Part shown: positions 50,445 through 63,349 of the stretch, piece after piece
How positions within the stretch are numbered: the first letter of the stretch is position 1
Layout of the letters: each line of letters opens with the position of its first letter
DNA from: Octopus sinensis
Lineage: Eukaryota
DNA length: 64,000 bases
Direction: 5' to 3'
Assembly (NCBI RefSeq): GCF_006345805.1
Contig: NC_043011.1
Coordinates: forward strand, 17,124,464-17,188,463
Position numbers and translations under genes: made by a program
Notes under the pieces: model-generated
The model's database searches: none
Seen by the model: the letters and a program-made list of their open reading frames with translations, nothing else
What the model was told of the DNA's origin: nothing

Positions 50445-51022
50445 AACGTAAGGTGTACTAGCCATCTGAATGTGGCTAGCCACTGGGGGTGGGGTGTTAC
50501 TGATGCTTTTAGCCCCAGGCGATCAACGTCACCAGATGGACTTTAGACACTATCTCAGTGCCCCATCAGTAACACCCCACCCCCAGTGGCTAGCCACATT
50601 CAGATGGCTAGTACACCTTACGTTGTCGAGCGGTTACTGTTTATATCTCGTTCAGAGATTTATTATTGCTTTCAGACAGTTTTTCTAAATCAGTGACAGT
50701 AGTTGCGGTGAAAAACGTTATATATTATTTGCAGTGGGACTCCTTCATCGAAGACCGGTGCTTACCATGTGTTGACGAGAGGCAATTACCTTGAAACTAT
50801 AATCCATATGTAGTACTTAGGTCTTCGAGGGAGGATGACCTCCCTTTGCAAATAACACAAGGGCACTGAGATAGTGTCTCTATCCATCTTGTGACGTTGA
50901 TCGCCTGGGGCAAAAAGCATTAGTAACACCCCACCCCCAGTAGCTAGCCACATTCAGATGGCTAGTACACCTTACGTTGTCGAGCGGTTACTGTTTATAT
51001 CTCGTTCAAAGATTTATTATTG
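50445..51022 (+). mobile_element. Retrozyme-like element: ~1.3 copies of a 354-bp monomer preceded by an inverted 119-bp fragment
   Basis: CAT[C/T]AGTAACACCCC recurs at 50564 and 50918; 50445-50563 is the reverse complement of monomer sequence. Confidence 0.75.
50766..50810 (+). ncRNA. Minimal type I hammerhead ribozyme, C3U variant
   Basis: CATGTG-TTGACGA-GAGG-caatta-CCTT-GAAAC-TATA-ATC-CATATG; stem I is extended by CGAAGACC/GGTCTTCG. Confidence 0.6.
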
Positions 51023-51024
51023 TG

Positions 51025-51057
<33 letters not shown>

Positions 51058-51552
51058 TTGTATGTGTGTATATCATTATCATCATACTTTTATGATACAT
51101 TAACTAGGCATATCTATAAAGTACACACAAGCAATATGGTGAATTGGCAAAGACATCAGAGAAATGAATAAAATACTTGGAGGTGTTTGTTCTATGTCTT
51201 GTGCTTTGAGTTCACAACTACCAGCTTTTCCTTTCATACTTCCATGTACGGCAAATTAAGTAACAAACAGCTTGGGAAGGTGGAATGGCTGCAATGTTAG
51301 TGTATGTGGTAGGATGCCATGTTGTAACTGTTCCAGCACTTTGCATTCTAAGGTATTTCCTATCTCAACAGGGGAGTCAAGCAGAGCACATTTACTTTTC
51401 TCTTGGACAATGTCAGAGGCAATTAAATGCGAGTCTCACACACATGGGCAGGTGCTAATCTTCTGTAAAATACCTTGGCCAAGTATCTTGGAGATGCATA
51501 TTCCTGGTACATATGACGTAAAGTGTTCGACAAAATATGTTGATACTACTTG

Positions 51553-51586
<34 letters not shown>

Positions 51587-51828
51587 ATCATTACAGATAT
51601 AGGGTGAAATATAATTAATTTAATAAAATCAACAAATTTCACCTAGTAGTATTTCGGTATGGAAAAGGACCATATTCGATAAAAACTTATACAAAATGTT
51701 TTTTTATATATAATTATAACAATAAGAGTTTTGCAACAAGTTGCTTGACCACATACCGAAAATTTTAGAAATAGCAGCCAAAGGACTACTATTTCCTTTT
51801 TATACAAAAATATGTCTCCCCTCACACA

Positions 51829-51888
<60 letters not shown>

Positions 51889-52619
51889 AATTAGAAAAAA
51901 AACACCTTTTATCAATTCAATAATGAGAAATCAAATTATACTAGTTAGAAAAATTACATATTATAGAAAGATTAAATATACAATAAAACATATAACAATG
52001 ATTAAGTAATGTACAAAATAATAAATAAAACGTATATATATAGTAGAATAATGACATGTGTTTTGTAGCTATATTTAAGAAAATGATAATAGTAATAATA
52101 ATAGTAGTAGTAGTTTTTTTCTAATTTATATATATTATATTTTTGAAATTTGATTTAGTATTTCTAAATTGAAATTTTCCCTGAAAATTTGGAATAATAT
52201 TCCCTCATATTATCATTATTATATATATAAATATATATATATATACATATATTTCATCCAAAATGGAGATGAACACCATTCCCCCATGTGGTCAGCTTAA
52301 AAAATTAAGATATTATGATGTTTTTCTTAACATGAAACCAATGATAGCCTTAATACACAAATGAAAAAAATTTGTTCATCAATGCAATGTTGAGCACTCA
52401 TTCTTGTCATTCGGCATTTATGCACACACACACACACACACACACACCACACACACACACACACACAGGTATGATGATGCAGACAGGTATGGTGATGTAG
52501 ATAGAATTCAAAATATGAGTATATGTATATTTTTATCAATATTTGGCTGAAGCAACAGAGTGACACAAGGGCTGAGAGTTTTGTGCATTGGCACTTATAT
52601 ACATATACATGCATTCATA

Positions 52620-52885
52620 AATTCATACATACATACATACAAAAATACCCTGTTGTTGATGTTGAAATTCCATTGAAGGAGCCTTGGATCTAGGTTAGAA
52701 ACCGGTTCTTTCTCTATTGACAGGAAATCTTGAAATAAACTGAATACATACATACATACATACATACATACATACATGCATACATACATACATACATATA
52801 TACATACATACACACACACACACATACATGCATGCATACATACATACATACATACATACATACATACATACATACATACATACAT
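52620..52885. repeat. (CATA)n tracts flanking a ~120-bp interspersed repeat
   Basis: Direct inspection. Confidence 0.7.
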
Positions 52886-53915
52886 ACATACATTAGTGAT
52901 TGACTGAGAACTCATTTGGTAGAGAAAGAAATGTGAATATAGATATGAGCAAAAACACAGGCACACATACACACATATACACACATGTACACACATCCTG
53001 AGCAAATAAATATAAATTTTAGCAAAAATATATACTCATCCATCTATGCTGTTTCGTAATCTATCCCAAACTTTAAAATACATATGTCTGCATGCGAGCA
53101 TATGAGTGTGTACATGTGTAAGTGCATAAGTTTGTGTGTTTGTGCGTCAACACAGATAAACAGACACAGACACACACATGCATATGCACACACACACACA
53201 CACTCATATAATCTCTCACATACACACACATATATTGTTTCCAAAACTATGATATATTTCTATTGGGCTCTGTATTAATATCTTACATAAGAATCTGGTT
53301 TATTGGTGGAGACATATATATACAGCCCTGTACATACACTAGCATAACAGAATTCGCTGTATTCTAATAACATGTCTCTATCACAGAGATTTACAGGAAT
53401 TGGTGTGAAGATCAATGTGTACCTCTACCTACCAATATGTTCTAAACACTAGCAGATATTATTTCTCTTTCTGATTTATAGTTATATTTCCTTCAGTGTA
53501 TTCAGAAATATTGTTCAAGAGATAAAACTTAGCCAGTATCGATTTCTTACGTAAGCAAAAAGCCTCTAATGTATGTACGGCTACTGTCGATTATATCAAG
53601 CACGGTACTTGACTAGCACTTTATTTTATTCATCTCAGAGGGATGAAAGGCGAAGTTGACCTCAGCAGGATTCTAAATCAGAATGTAAAGAGTTGCAACT
53701 CAATAACACAAGGTATTTTGTTTGATGCTCAACCATTCCTGCCAATTCAACATTTTGGTGTATATCAGAAAACTCCAGAATGGTGGATTGGATTGTATAA
53801 GTAAAATAGTTAACAAAATACTTTGTGGTTGTTGTTTTTGTTATTGTTAAATCATCCATGAGCAGATTAGAACATCAAATGGCCCCAAACTATGGTTGTA
53901 CTATCTTTAGTTTTA

Positions 53916-54186
53916 GCCAAATTACATCCAAGACCTTATTATCTAATTTATTTGCCCATTCTTCAAATCTTAGCATTTGAACTGAGGTAGATGTAACTCC
54001 TATTTCCAGCAGATTAATTAGCAACAAGGCAATACACTTATAGGCACTATTTTTATCTGGAGCCAAATTACATCCAAGGCCCCTATTATCTAATTTATTT
54101 GCCATTTCTTCAAATCTTAGCATTTGATCTGAGGTAGATGTAACTCCTATTTCCAGCAGATTAATTAGCTACAAGGCAATACACTA
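53916..54186. repeat. 146-bp tandem duplication
   Basis: GCCAAATTACATCCAAG at 53916 and 54062. Confidence 0.85.
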
Positions 54187-55387
54187 ATTGGTATAAAATG
54201 TCATACAGTATTTTAACAGGCCTTTCTCCATTCCAATCATGTTCAGACCAACTTTAAATTCTACCCTTCCTGGCAGGCCCATCACCAGACGTTGGTATCA
54301 GCAAGGGGTGCTTCAGAATATTCTGGGTGGGCACTAATTCATAATAATGCTGAAGTGTGGTTTTGAAATAAGTACTTCACTGTAAACCTGAGGACACACC
54401 ATTGGATAGTGAGGGGCAGTGCTGTTAAGTGCAACCCCTTAGCAATGAGCATGTTAGTCAGACTTCAAGAAATGTATTACAGGAAGATTTTGTAAACAGT
54501 ATTTTCTAAATCTGAGGGTACACCATTGAATATTGAGGGGACAGTGCCCTCCCACCATCACCACCTTAACTCTGGGCATACTTCCTGGGTTGATAAAAAT
54601 AAGGACCTCTTAAGTAATGACTGAGGTTGACATAGACAATTACACCATATCACAAATTCTGTGGCCTGTACCTGTCTTTTAGAATCAAAATTAAGAAACT
54701 TTTTCACTAGTGAGAAGAAAGCTTAACCTGACGTATGATTTCAGCATATGAGAACATAAACTTATTCATGTAGTGTTGTATGGAAATGCATCAGCATCAC
54801 AACACAACCTTTCTAATCCTTTAAACTGCAGTTTTTTGCTTACTATCTAAAGAAATTTGCCCTATGGATTAATTTTAAAAAATGAAAGAAAATATTGATT
54901 TCAGTGTTTGGCACAAGGCCAGAAATTTCAGGAGCCAGGGGCAAGTTGATTACATTGACTTCATTTCTCAACTGGTACTTACATAAATACTAAAAGGATG
55001 AAAGATAAAGTTGACCGTAGTGAAATTCAAATTTAGAATGTAAAGATGGAAGAATTGCTGCTATCAATTTAGACTGGTTTGGTAAAGATTCTGCTAGCTC
55101 ACTGTCATAAAAAGTAGCCAGCAATTCTTTACAGAGTCTCAAACCCTGTTCCTCTCAAATTCCAGCTGAGCGCTCTGTACCATTAAACTAAGAGACCCCT
55201 GGAAAAAAAAATGTAAGTAAAATATTACCACTATTATCCACTGATTAGATTCGAAGCAATCATGTATACTGTTGAAGAGGATGCTGCAGCATGGCCACAG
55301 TCTGATTGATTAAAACCATTAAAGAATAAAAAGAATACAAAGGACCATAGAGCATAGTGGCTGCTTCTTTTGTCTGTCAATAATGGT

Positions 55388-55848
55388 AAAGGGTAAAGAC
55401 CCCCTTCGGACATGAATGACCATGGGATTGTACCGAGAAAGTTCCCCTCTGAGGCACAAGTCTGGGCAAGGTTGTTTATGGAAGGCCAGCAGTCGCCCAT
55501 GCATACCTGTTTCCCCTCTCCACACTACCGATGTTCTCCAAGAGAAAGGCAAAGACCGATACAGCTTGGCACCAGTGACATTGCAACTCATTTCTACAAC
55601 TGAGTGAATTGGAGCAATGTGAACTAAAGTGTCTTGCTCAAGAACACAACACAGTCCAGTCTGTGAATTGAAGTAATGGGAAATAAAGTGTCTTGCTCAA
55701 GAACACAACACAGTCCAGTCTGTAAATTGAAGTAATGGGAAATAAAGTGTCTTGCTCAAGAACACAACACAGCCCAGTCTGGGAATATAATTCACTACAT
55801 CATGTTTGTGAGTCCAATGCTTTAACCACTGAGCCATGCGCCTTCCGC
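55388..55848 (-). mobile_element. CORE-like tRNA SINE family E with an internal 59-bp triplication
   Basis: Head GAAGGCGCATGGCTCAGTGGTTAAAGC; AAAGTGTCTTGCTCAAGAACACAACACAG repeated three times at 55622-55785. Confidence 0.8.
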
Positions 55849-56274
55849 TGTACATAAATTAAATTTGAGAGATCCTGTGAGTCAGTGCACCTCTACAATA
55901 TTCTTGATATTTTTGTATGTTAATATCTATTTATTTGCAGAAAGGCAGTGAGTTGGCAGGATCATAAACATGCTGGGCAAAATGCTTAGCAGCATTTCGT
56001 CCATCCTTATGTTCTGAGTTCAAATTCCACCGTGGTTGACTTTACCTTTCATCGTTTTGGAGTTGATAAGATAAGTACCATTTGAGAACTGGGAGTCGAT
56101 GCAATTGACTTATCGCCTCTCCCGAAGTTGCTGTCCTTGTGTTGAGCTAAAATTCGAAATCAGTCAGCATATATATTGGTAGAGACAGTGTTGCTTTTTT
56201 TCTGTAAATGTTTTCTATGAGGCAGACAAATAATATTTAAGTAACACCTTAACAACACCTTAACGATCATACAA

Positions 56275-56685
56275 TTTATTAGAGGAGAGAGAAAGGAAGA
56301 GAGAGAAGAAGGTGAAGAATAGAAAAGGCAAGAAGGAAAGAGAGGAGAGAGGGAGGGGAAGAAGAGAAACAAAGAGCGAGATAGAGGTAGGAAGAGGGAG
56401 AGAAGGAAAGAGAGGGGGAGGAAGAGAGTGAAGGAAGGAAGAATAGCAAGGCAAGAAGGAAAGAGAGAAAGAGAAGAGAGAAGTGGGGAGAGAAAAAGAG
56501 GTGTAGGAGGAGAGAGAGGGGAGGAGAAGAAGGAAGAGAAAGAGGGAAGGATAGGAAGGAGAGAAGGGAGGAGAAGGAGGGAGACAGAAAAAGAGAGAGA
56601 GAAAGAGAGGGAGGGAAAGGAAGGAGAGAAAGAAAGAGAGAGGCAGGGGAGATAAAAAGAGAGGTAGGAGGAGAGAGAGAGAGCT
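56275..56685. repeat. Polypurine (GA/GGA/GAA) tract
   Basis: About 410 nt, almost exclusively A/G on the plus strand. Confidence 0.9.
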
Positions 56686-56862
56686 TTTTAAATTATTATG
56701 GTGCTGAATTAATAACATAGCATGGGTTTTTGGCTGCCCTCTTTGGTAGTCAAACTGACCTGTTCTTACACTGTCCACTTTTGTGCAGTTTGCACAGCTT
56801 TCAACCTTCCATGAATTGCTACTCACCTGGATCCAGCTCTCGATATTTTTTCTTCATATTAC

Positions 56863-57258
56863 CCTTTTACTTGTTTCAGTCATTTGACTGCGGCCATGCT
56901 GGAGCACCGCCTTTAGTCGAGCAAATCGACCCCGGGACTTATTCTTTGTAAGCCCAGTACTTATTCTATCGGTCTCTTTTGCCGAACCGCTAAGTGACGG
57001 GGACGTAAACACACCAGCATCGGTTGTCAAGCAATGCTAGGGGGACAAACACAGACTAACAAACACATACACACACATATATATACATATATACGATAGG
57101 CTTCTTTCAGTTTCCGTCTACCAAATCCACTCACAAGGCATTGGTGGGCCCGGGGCTATAGCAGAAGACACTTGCCCAAGATGCCACGCAGTGGGACTGA
57201 ACCCGGAACCATGTGGTTGGTTAGCAAGCTACTTACCACACAGCCACTCCTGCGCCTA
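56863..57258 (-). mobile_element. SINE family B (young copy)
   Basis: Nearly identical to 661-1077. Confidence 0.9.
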
Positions 57259-58239
57259 TTTAAATGTTTTATATTTTTTGAAATAATTATTGACGTTTTA
57301 TTGACATTGTCATTTCTCTGACAACTTATTCAATTGATTTACAGGTATTGAAATTCATGCCAACAAAAATCTTTTATTTATTAATTCATTTATTTATTTT
57401 GTTGAGGAAGAAATAGGAAGAAATTATACAGAGAAGATGAGCGAAATGTCTGAAAATATATAATCTGTTTTATTTCCAGTATTTTAGTTTTTTATAAATT
57501 TGTTTCTTTGTTTCAGAGTTCAAATTCAGCCAAGATTTGCCTTTCATCCATCCGGTGTCAAGAAAATAATTACCTGTCAACAAATGGCAGTCAGATAAGG
57601 GACCTTCTCACTTCTTCAAAATTTGTGGACTCATATCAAAGTTAAGCTTCAATAAATCTAGCTGTATATAAGGTAAAACCATGAAAACTTTCTTCGGAAA
57701 AAAAAAACAAAAACAGATAAATAAATATATATAAAGAATACAAAACAAGCAAATAAATAATATAAAGAAAATAATAAACCGCAGACATAATGAGTTTGTG
57801 TTATATATTCTATAATCTAGAATATTTTCCAGGTAATGCTTGGATATTTTTGCTGGTATAGACTTTATAGAAGTGATTGCCAGTACAGATTAAAATTATT
57901 TTTATAATTCAATTTAAAATGAGATTAATGAATCTTATACAATGTATTTGAAACCATATACAAAGATATAATTGTGTAATATGTAACTATAGCTTCTAGA
58001 TTGAATTTTGTAACATTGATATTTACTATAACATAGGTAGGGGTAGGCATACAAACCAAATTGAAGATAGTGAGTTTGACTTTTTTGGCAACCTATCCTC
58101 TTCAATCAATCGAAGGAGAGGGGCTTTCTCCGTCCTAACTACTACGCCATTTGTCCGTGAGTATATGGCGTAGTGGTTAAGCATAATGAATACTCAAAAT
58201 CTTTTCATTTATTTGGATTTTAGGTAAAGAAACTTAGAA

Positions 58240-58550
58240 TGTCACAGGAAAGAACCAGAAGATGAATTCTTCAGGCTGAGCCAAACAGCAGGAGACCAGA
58301 TCTAGGGGTTGACCAAGGAGGAGACCAAGGGGTAGACCAAGGAGTAGACCAAGGGGTAGACCAAGGGGTAGACCAAGAATTAGATGGTTGGTTAATATCC
58401 ATAGTTTCAGCTGATTATGCTTGTGAATCCAGATGGAAAGTGTAATGATGGTTGCCTCTGATAGGACCCTACAGAAGAGGTGCCTGAGAGCATTAACCCC
58501 ACGACCCTCCCAGGAACCATGAGCAGAGAAGATAGATGGACAGATATTGA
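58240..58550 (+). mobile_element. RTE LINE 3' end with a 12-bp tandem expansion
   Basis: (RGRP)n-RIRWL.NI...MMVASDRTL.KRCL, the RTE C-terminal GRPR..W...A.DR..W pattern. Confidence 0.6.
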
Positions 58551-58584
58551 CAATTTTGTGGAAATACTGCAGCTCCTTGCATAA

Positions 58585-58749
58585 AGGTGCAGGAGTGGCT
58601 GTGTGGTAAGTAGCTTGCTTACCAACCACATGGTTCCGGGTTCAGTCCCACCGCGTGGCACCTTGGGCAAGTGTCTCCTACTATAGCCTCGGGCTGACCA
58701 AAGCCTTGTGAGTTGATTTGGCAGACGGAAACTGAAAGAAGCCCGTCAA

Positions 58750-58781
<32 letters not shown>

Positions 58782-58978
58782 GTGTGTGTGTTTGTGTGTC
58801 TGTGTTTGTCCCCCCAACATTGCTTGACAACCGATGCTGCTGTGTTTAAGTCCTCGTAACTTAGCAGTTCAGCCAAAGAGACCGATAGAATAAGTACTAG
58901 GCTTACAGAGAATAAGTTTGGGTGTCGATATGCTCCAGCATGGTCACAGTCAAATGACTGAAACAAGTAAAAGAGTAA
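58585..58978 (+). mobile_element. SINE family B
   Basis: Full-length copy. Confidence 0.9.
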
Positions 58979-59332
58979 ATTCTGACCTTCTCCTCACTTC
59001 TAATTTACATAATCATTTGTTTGTTACATTAATTCAAGGATTTGTTCTGTGATACAGCAGGTAAACCTTCAGGGACAGGCATAGATGTATGGGTAAGAAG
59101 TTTGCTTTCTAATCATGTCATTTAGGATTCAGTCCCATTGTATAGTACTTTGGGCAATTGTCTTCCACCAAAGTCCCTGACTAACCGAAGCCTGGTAAGT
59201 AGATTTGGTAGATGGAAACTGAAAGAATCACACCATGTGTATATTATACATTTGCGTGCATGTGTGTGTATTTGTGCATCTATGTGTGTGTGTATCCATG
59301 TGTGCGCTTGTGTGTGTATGTTTGTGTCTTTT

Positions 59333-59604
59333 TTACTCTTTTACTCTTTTGCTTGTTTCAGTCATTTGATTGTGGCCATGCTGGAGCACTGCCTTTAGTC
59401 GAGCAAATCGACCTCGGGACTTATTCTTTGCAAGCCTAGTACTTATTCTATCAGTCTCTTTGGCCGAACCACTGAGTGACGGAGACGTAAACATGCCAGC
59501 ATCGGTTGACAAGCGATGTTGTGGGGTACAAACACAGACACACAAACACAGACACACACACACACACATATATACATATATATATGTATATATATGTATA
59601 TATG

Positions 59605-59636
<32 letters not shown>

Positions 59637-59637
59637 C

Positions 59638-59701
<64 letters not shown>

Positions 59702-59858
59702 CAACAGGCTTCTTTCAGTTTCCGTCTATCAAATCCACTCACAAGGCTTTGGTTGGCCCGAAGCTATAGTAGAAGACATTTGCCCAAGGTGCCACACAGT
59801 GGGATTGAACCCGCAACCATGTGGTTGGTAAGCAAGCTTCTTACCACACAGCCACTCC
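59333..59858 (-). mobile_element. SINE family B with an expanded central (TA)n
   Basis: Full-length copy. Confidence 0.9.
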
Positions 59859-60332
59859 ATCTTGACATCAGACAATAGTTATTAACAGGTATCTTGACAC
59901 ACAAGTAGTATCTCTCATTTTCAGTCTACTGCGAAAACATGTCCAACCACAGCAAAATATTTTCTTGTTTGGAAGGGTTGGCGACAGGAAGAGCATCCAG
60001 CCATTAAAAATCTGCTTCGATAAATCCCATCTAATCTATGCAAGTACGAATAAGAAAGCATTAAAATGATGCTAAATGATGTCTAACTGAGAAAATATTT
60101 TCATAACACAAGATATTTGTAATGAAATACTCGAAATGCTCTCATTTATTTGACTTTTAGGTAAAGGAAGTTTTCCATTTTCTGTGGAAGTCTTCCAAGT
60201 GCCTGTTAATAGCTTCAGATGTTATTGAAGTCAGTATGATGGGTTATTTAGAGTAGGTTAACAAGTACTATCATGTTTGATAAAACCAGGTGTGTGTGTA
60301 CATCATTATATTTGTAAATGTGTGTAATGCGT

Positions 60333-60364
<32 letters not shown>

Positions 60365-62204
60365 ATGAGAGAGAAGACAGACAATAAAACTCTGAAGATA
60401 AAACTTGGAAAGAGAGAAAGATGTAATGTGTGAGAGAAGAACCATTATAATGAAGTTAGCCAAAGAAATGTAAATAATTGATGCAAGATAGGTGACAAAC
60501 AATATGAAACAGAGAGAGAGAGAGACAGAGAGAAAGTGAGAGAGAGAGAGACAGGCAGATAAGCAGGCAGGCAGGCAGAGAAAAGAAAAAGGTGGAAAAT
60601 GTCTAAGATTTCATTGTTGATTTCAATTGAATGGTTTGTGATGGAAGAAAGATGACATATAGTCAGATATTATTAAATTCATTTCTTCTCTTTTTGAAAT
60701 ATTTAATTTAATTTCGATGTTTTTTGCAGCAATAAATGTTTGCAAAGATATTGGTGTAAAAAAAAATTACTGGTGAGACATGGAGATTTGCTTCTATGTA
60801 GTCACATCCTTTAACTCAAGTAGTGTGCATATATGAAAGTGCTTGTGTGTTTTTGTGAATGCGTACCTGAAACTAAATGCTGTGTTAAAAGCCATTATTT
60901 TAGACAGTATATGAAAAATAACTTAGATTCTGGGATTCAATTTAAACGTAGTTGTCAACAGAATATTTCGGTTCATGACAATTTTATACTTTACAAAAAC
61001 AAATAAGATGCTGCTAGTCTGAAAAACAGTAATAAATTTACTGTTTGCATATTTATTGAGGTGTCTATTAAAAACCTAATTAGAAATACATATGTACAGA
61101 ATAAAAAATACTACATTAGCTCGGTGGAGTGAGAACATGTTTCGGTCTTATTAGACCTTTTCAGTGTAGTACACACTTTATTGTTCTAGCTGATAGGAGA
61201 CTATTGATAGGAGACAATTGTACTAGTGATGGGACTATTGTACTAGTGATGGGATAAATTTTATGACACAAGGAGAATTTTGCACATTGCTCATATACAA
61301 GGTAGTTTTTTTCATTACAATGTCCCTTGTATTTACTTCTTTAGTCTCCTGAACTGCTAGAAATAGTAGTCGCATTCCTTCAAGTCACACTCTACTTTTG
61401 TAGTAAAAGACCATATTGGATAACGTGATTCTATAAAAAATGTCATCATCATCATTTAAAGTCTCTCTTCCCTATTGATCTGGTTTAACTGGTTTGACAG
61501 GATCTGAAGAGCTAGAGAACTGCCTCAAGTACCCATGATTGCTTACATGCAGTTTTTATGACTGGAAACCCTTCCTGGTGCCAACTACTTTAAAGTATGT
61601 AGTTTTGAGTGTTTTTGTGGCACCAGTACTAGTAAGGTCACCAAGTAATTTGCAAATCAAAGCCCTCGACTCATTTGGGATGTAGCCAGGCATCAAGTGG
61701 TTAAAGTATGATTAGAGGGACAAGTACAAGTATTTTGCAAGAGAGTAGGGATACCTACAAAGGTGGTGGGTGTCAACTATGGTAGATATAAGAGACTGGT
61801 AAGAGGAAAGAGAATATTCAGTAGAAAATAAAAGAGTAAGGGATGATATTGAGAATACAAGATTGGTGACAAAGGAAGTGGTCCCAAAGAAAGGGATAAC
61901 TTGTAGTACAAAAGGGCATTGAAATATGTGCAGTTCTGCTCTTGTTTGGTTATAACAACTTACCACTGTATAGATTAGTGCTGCAGTTAGAATAGTAACA
62001 GAGGAAAATTAATTGGAAGAAGTGTTGTCGAGAAAGGCTTGGCTGGAACAGATTGTATATGGTGGTGTACACAGACCTCCTTTTTTTGTTGAGATGGACA
62101 AATCTTGAGTACAACAAATCACCAATCATCTCAGTCACTTGTTACCATTTCTATGAGGCTTAACATTCTGAGGATGGTATTCACTGTTTAAGGCAGTGAA
62201 CTGG

Positions 62205-62617
62205 GGAGCTGGCAGAAACGTTAGCACACCGGGTGAAATGCTTAGCGGCATTTCGTCTGCCGATACGTTCTGAGTTCAGATTCCGCCGAGGTCGACTTTA
62301 CCTTTCATCCTTTCGGGGTCGATAAATTAAGTACCAGTTACGCACTGGGGTCGATATAATCGACTTAATCCATGTGTTTGTCCTTGTTTATCCTCTCTGT
62401 GTTTAGCCCCTTGTGGGTGGTAAAGAAATAGGTATTTCGTCTGCCGCTATGTTCTGAGTTCAAATTCCACCGAGGTCGACTTTGCCTTTCATCCTTTCGG
62501 GGTCGATTAAATAAGTACCAGTTACGCACTGGGGTCGATATAATCGACTTAATCTGTGTGTCTGTCCTTGTTTGTCTCCTCTGTGTATAGCCCCATGTGG
62601 GTAGTAAAGAAATAGGT
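62205..62617 (+). mobile_element. SINE family A, tandem dimer (full copy plus 5'-truncated copy)
   Basis: The second unit restarts at GGTATTTCGTCTGCC (~62431). Confidence 0.85.
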
Positions 62618-62944
62618 ATTCACTGTTTCATCCCACATTCACTACTTTTCCCCCATCAAAAGATTCCATCTATATTTAGCAATCAGCACTTCTTTTTGCA
62701 GCTGTCATCACATAACCATACTAATGCAGCATCCTCTCTTTCATTCCACATCAGATTCCTCTTATACCTAATTTTTCTCTCAGCATGTTTGCACTTAGTC
62801 ATTGATGCACACTGATGTTGTATATTCAGCAAAGCAATGCTGTCTCCTTTATTTCTAGACTTTGCATGCCCTCTGCATTTATGGCCCATGTTTCAAGACC
62901 TGTTGAGGTAAGTGAAAATCAAAATCAAAATCGAAATCGATCAA

Positions 62945-63343
62945 CATCAATGGAAATTGTAGCTGTGATACAAGTGCTGGTGGCACATAAGAGAACCATC
63001 CGAACGTGGCCGTTGCCAGCGCCGCCCCGACTGGCCTCCATGCCGGTGGGATGTGAAACGCACCATCCGATTATGGCCACTGCCAGCCTCGTCTGGCCCC
63101 CGTGCCAATGGCACGTAAAAAGCACCATCCGATCGTGGCTGTTTGCCAGCCTCGTGTAGCACCTGTGCAGGTGGCACGTAAAATGCACCCACTACACTCA
63201 TGGAGTGGTTGGCGCTAGGAAGGGCATCCAGCCGTAGAAACACTGCCAGATCAGACTGGGCCTGGCGCAGCCTTCTGGCTTCCCAGACCCCAGTTGAACC
63301 GTCCAACCCATGCTAGCATGGAAAACGGATGTTAAACGATGAT
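62945..63343 (+). mobile_element. Short interspersed element family C with internal subrepeats
   Basis: GCACGTAAAAAGCACCATCCGA-type subrepeats and an (ATG)n tail. Confidence 0.75.
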
Positions 63344-63349
63344 GTAGCT

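Noticed and set aside
52660-52720. GAAACCGGTT palindrome preceded by a weak stem
   Set aside because: The core reads CCATTGA rather than CUGANGA; cannot be supported as an HHR.
58135-58182. Inverted tRNA A-box-like fragments (ACTACGCCAT/ATGGCGTAGT)
   Set aside because: Too short to assign; probably SINE head debris.
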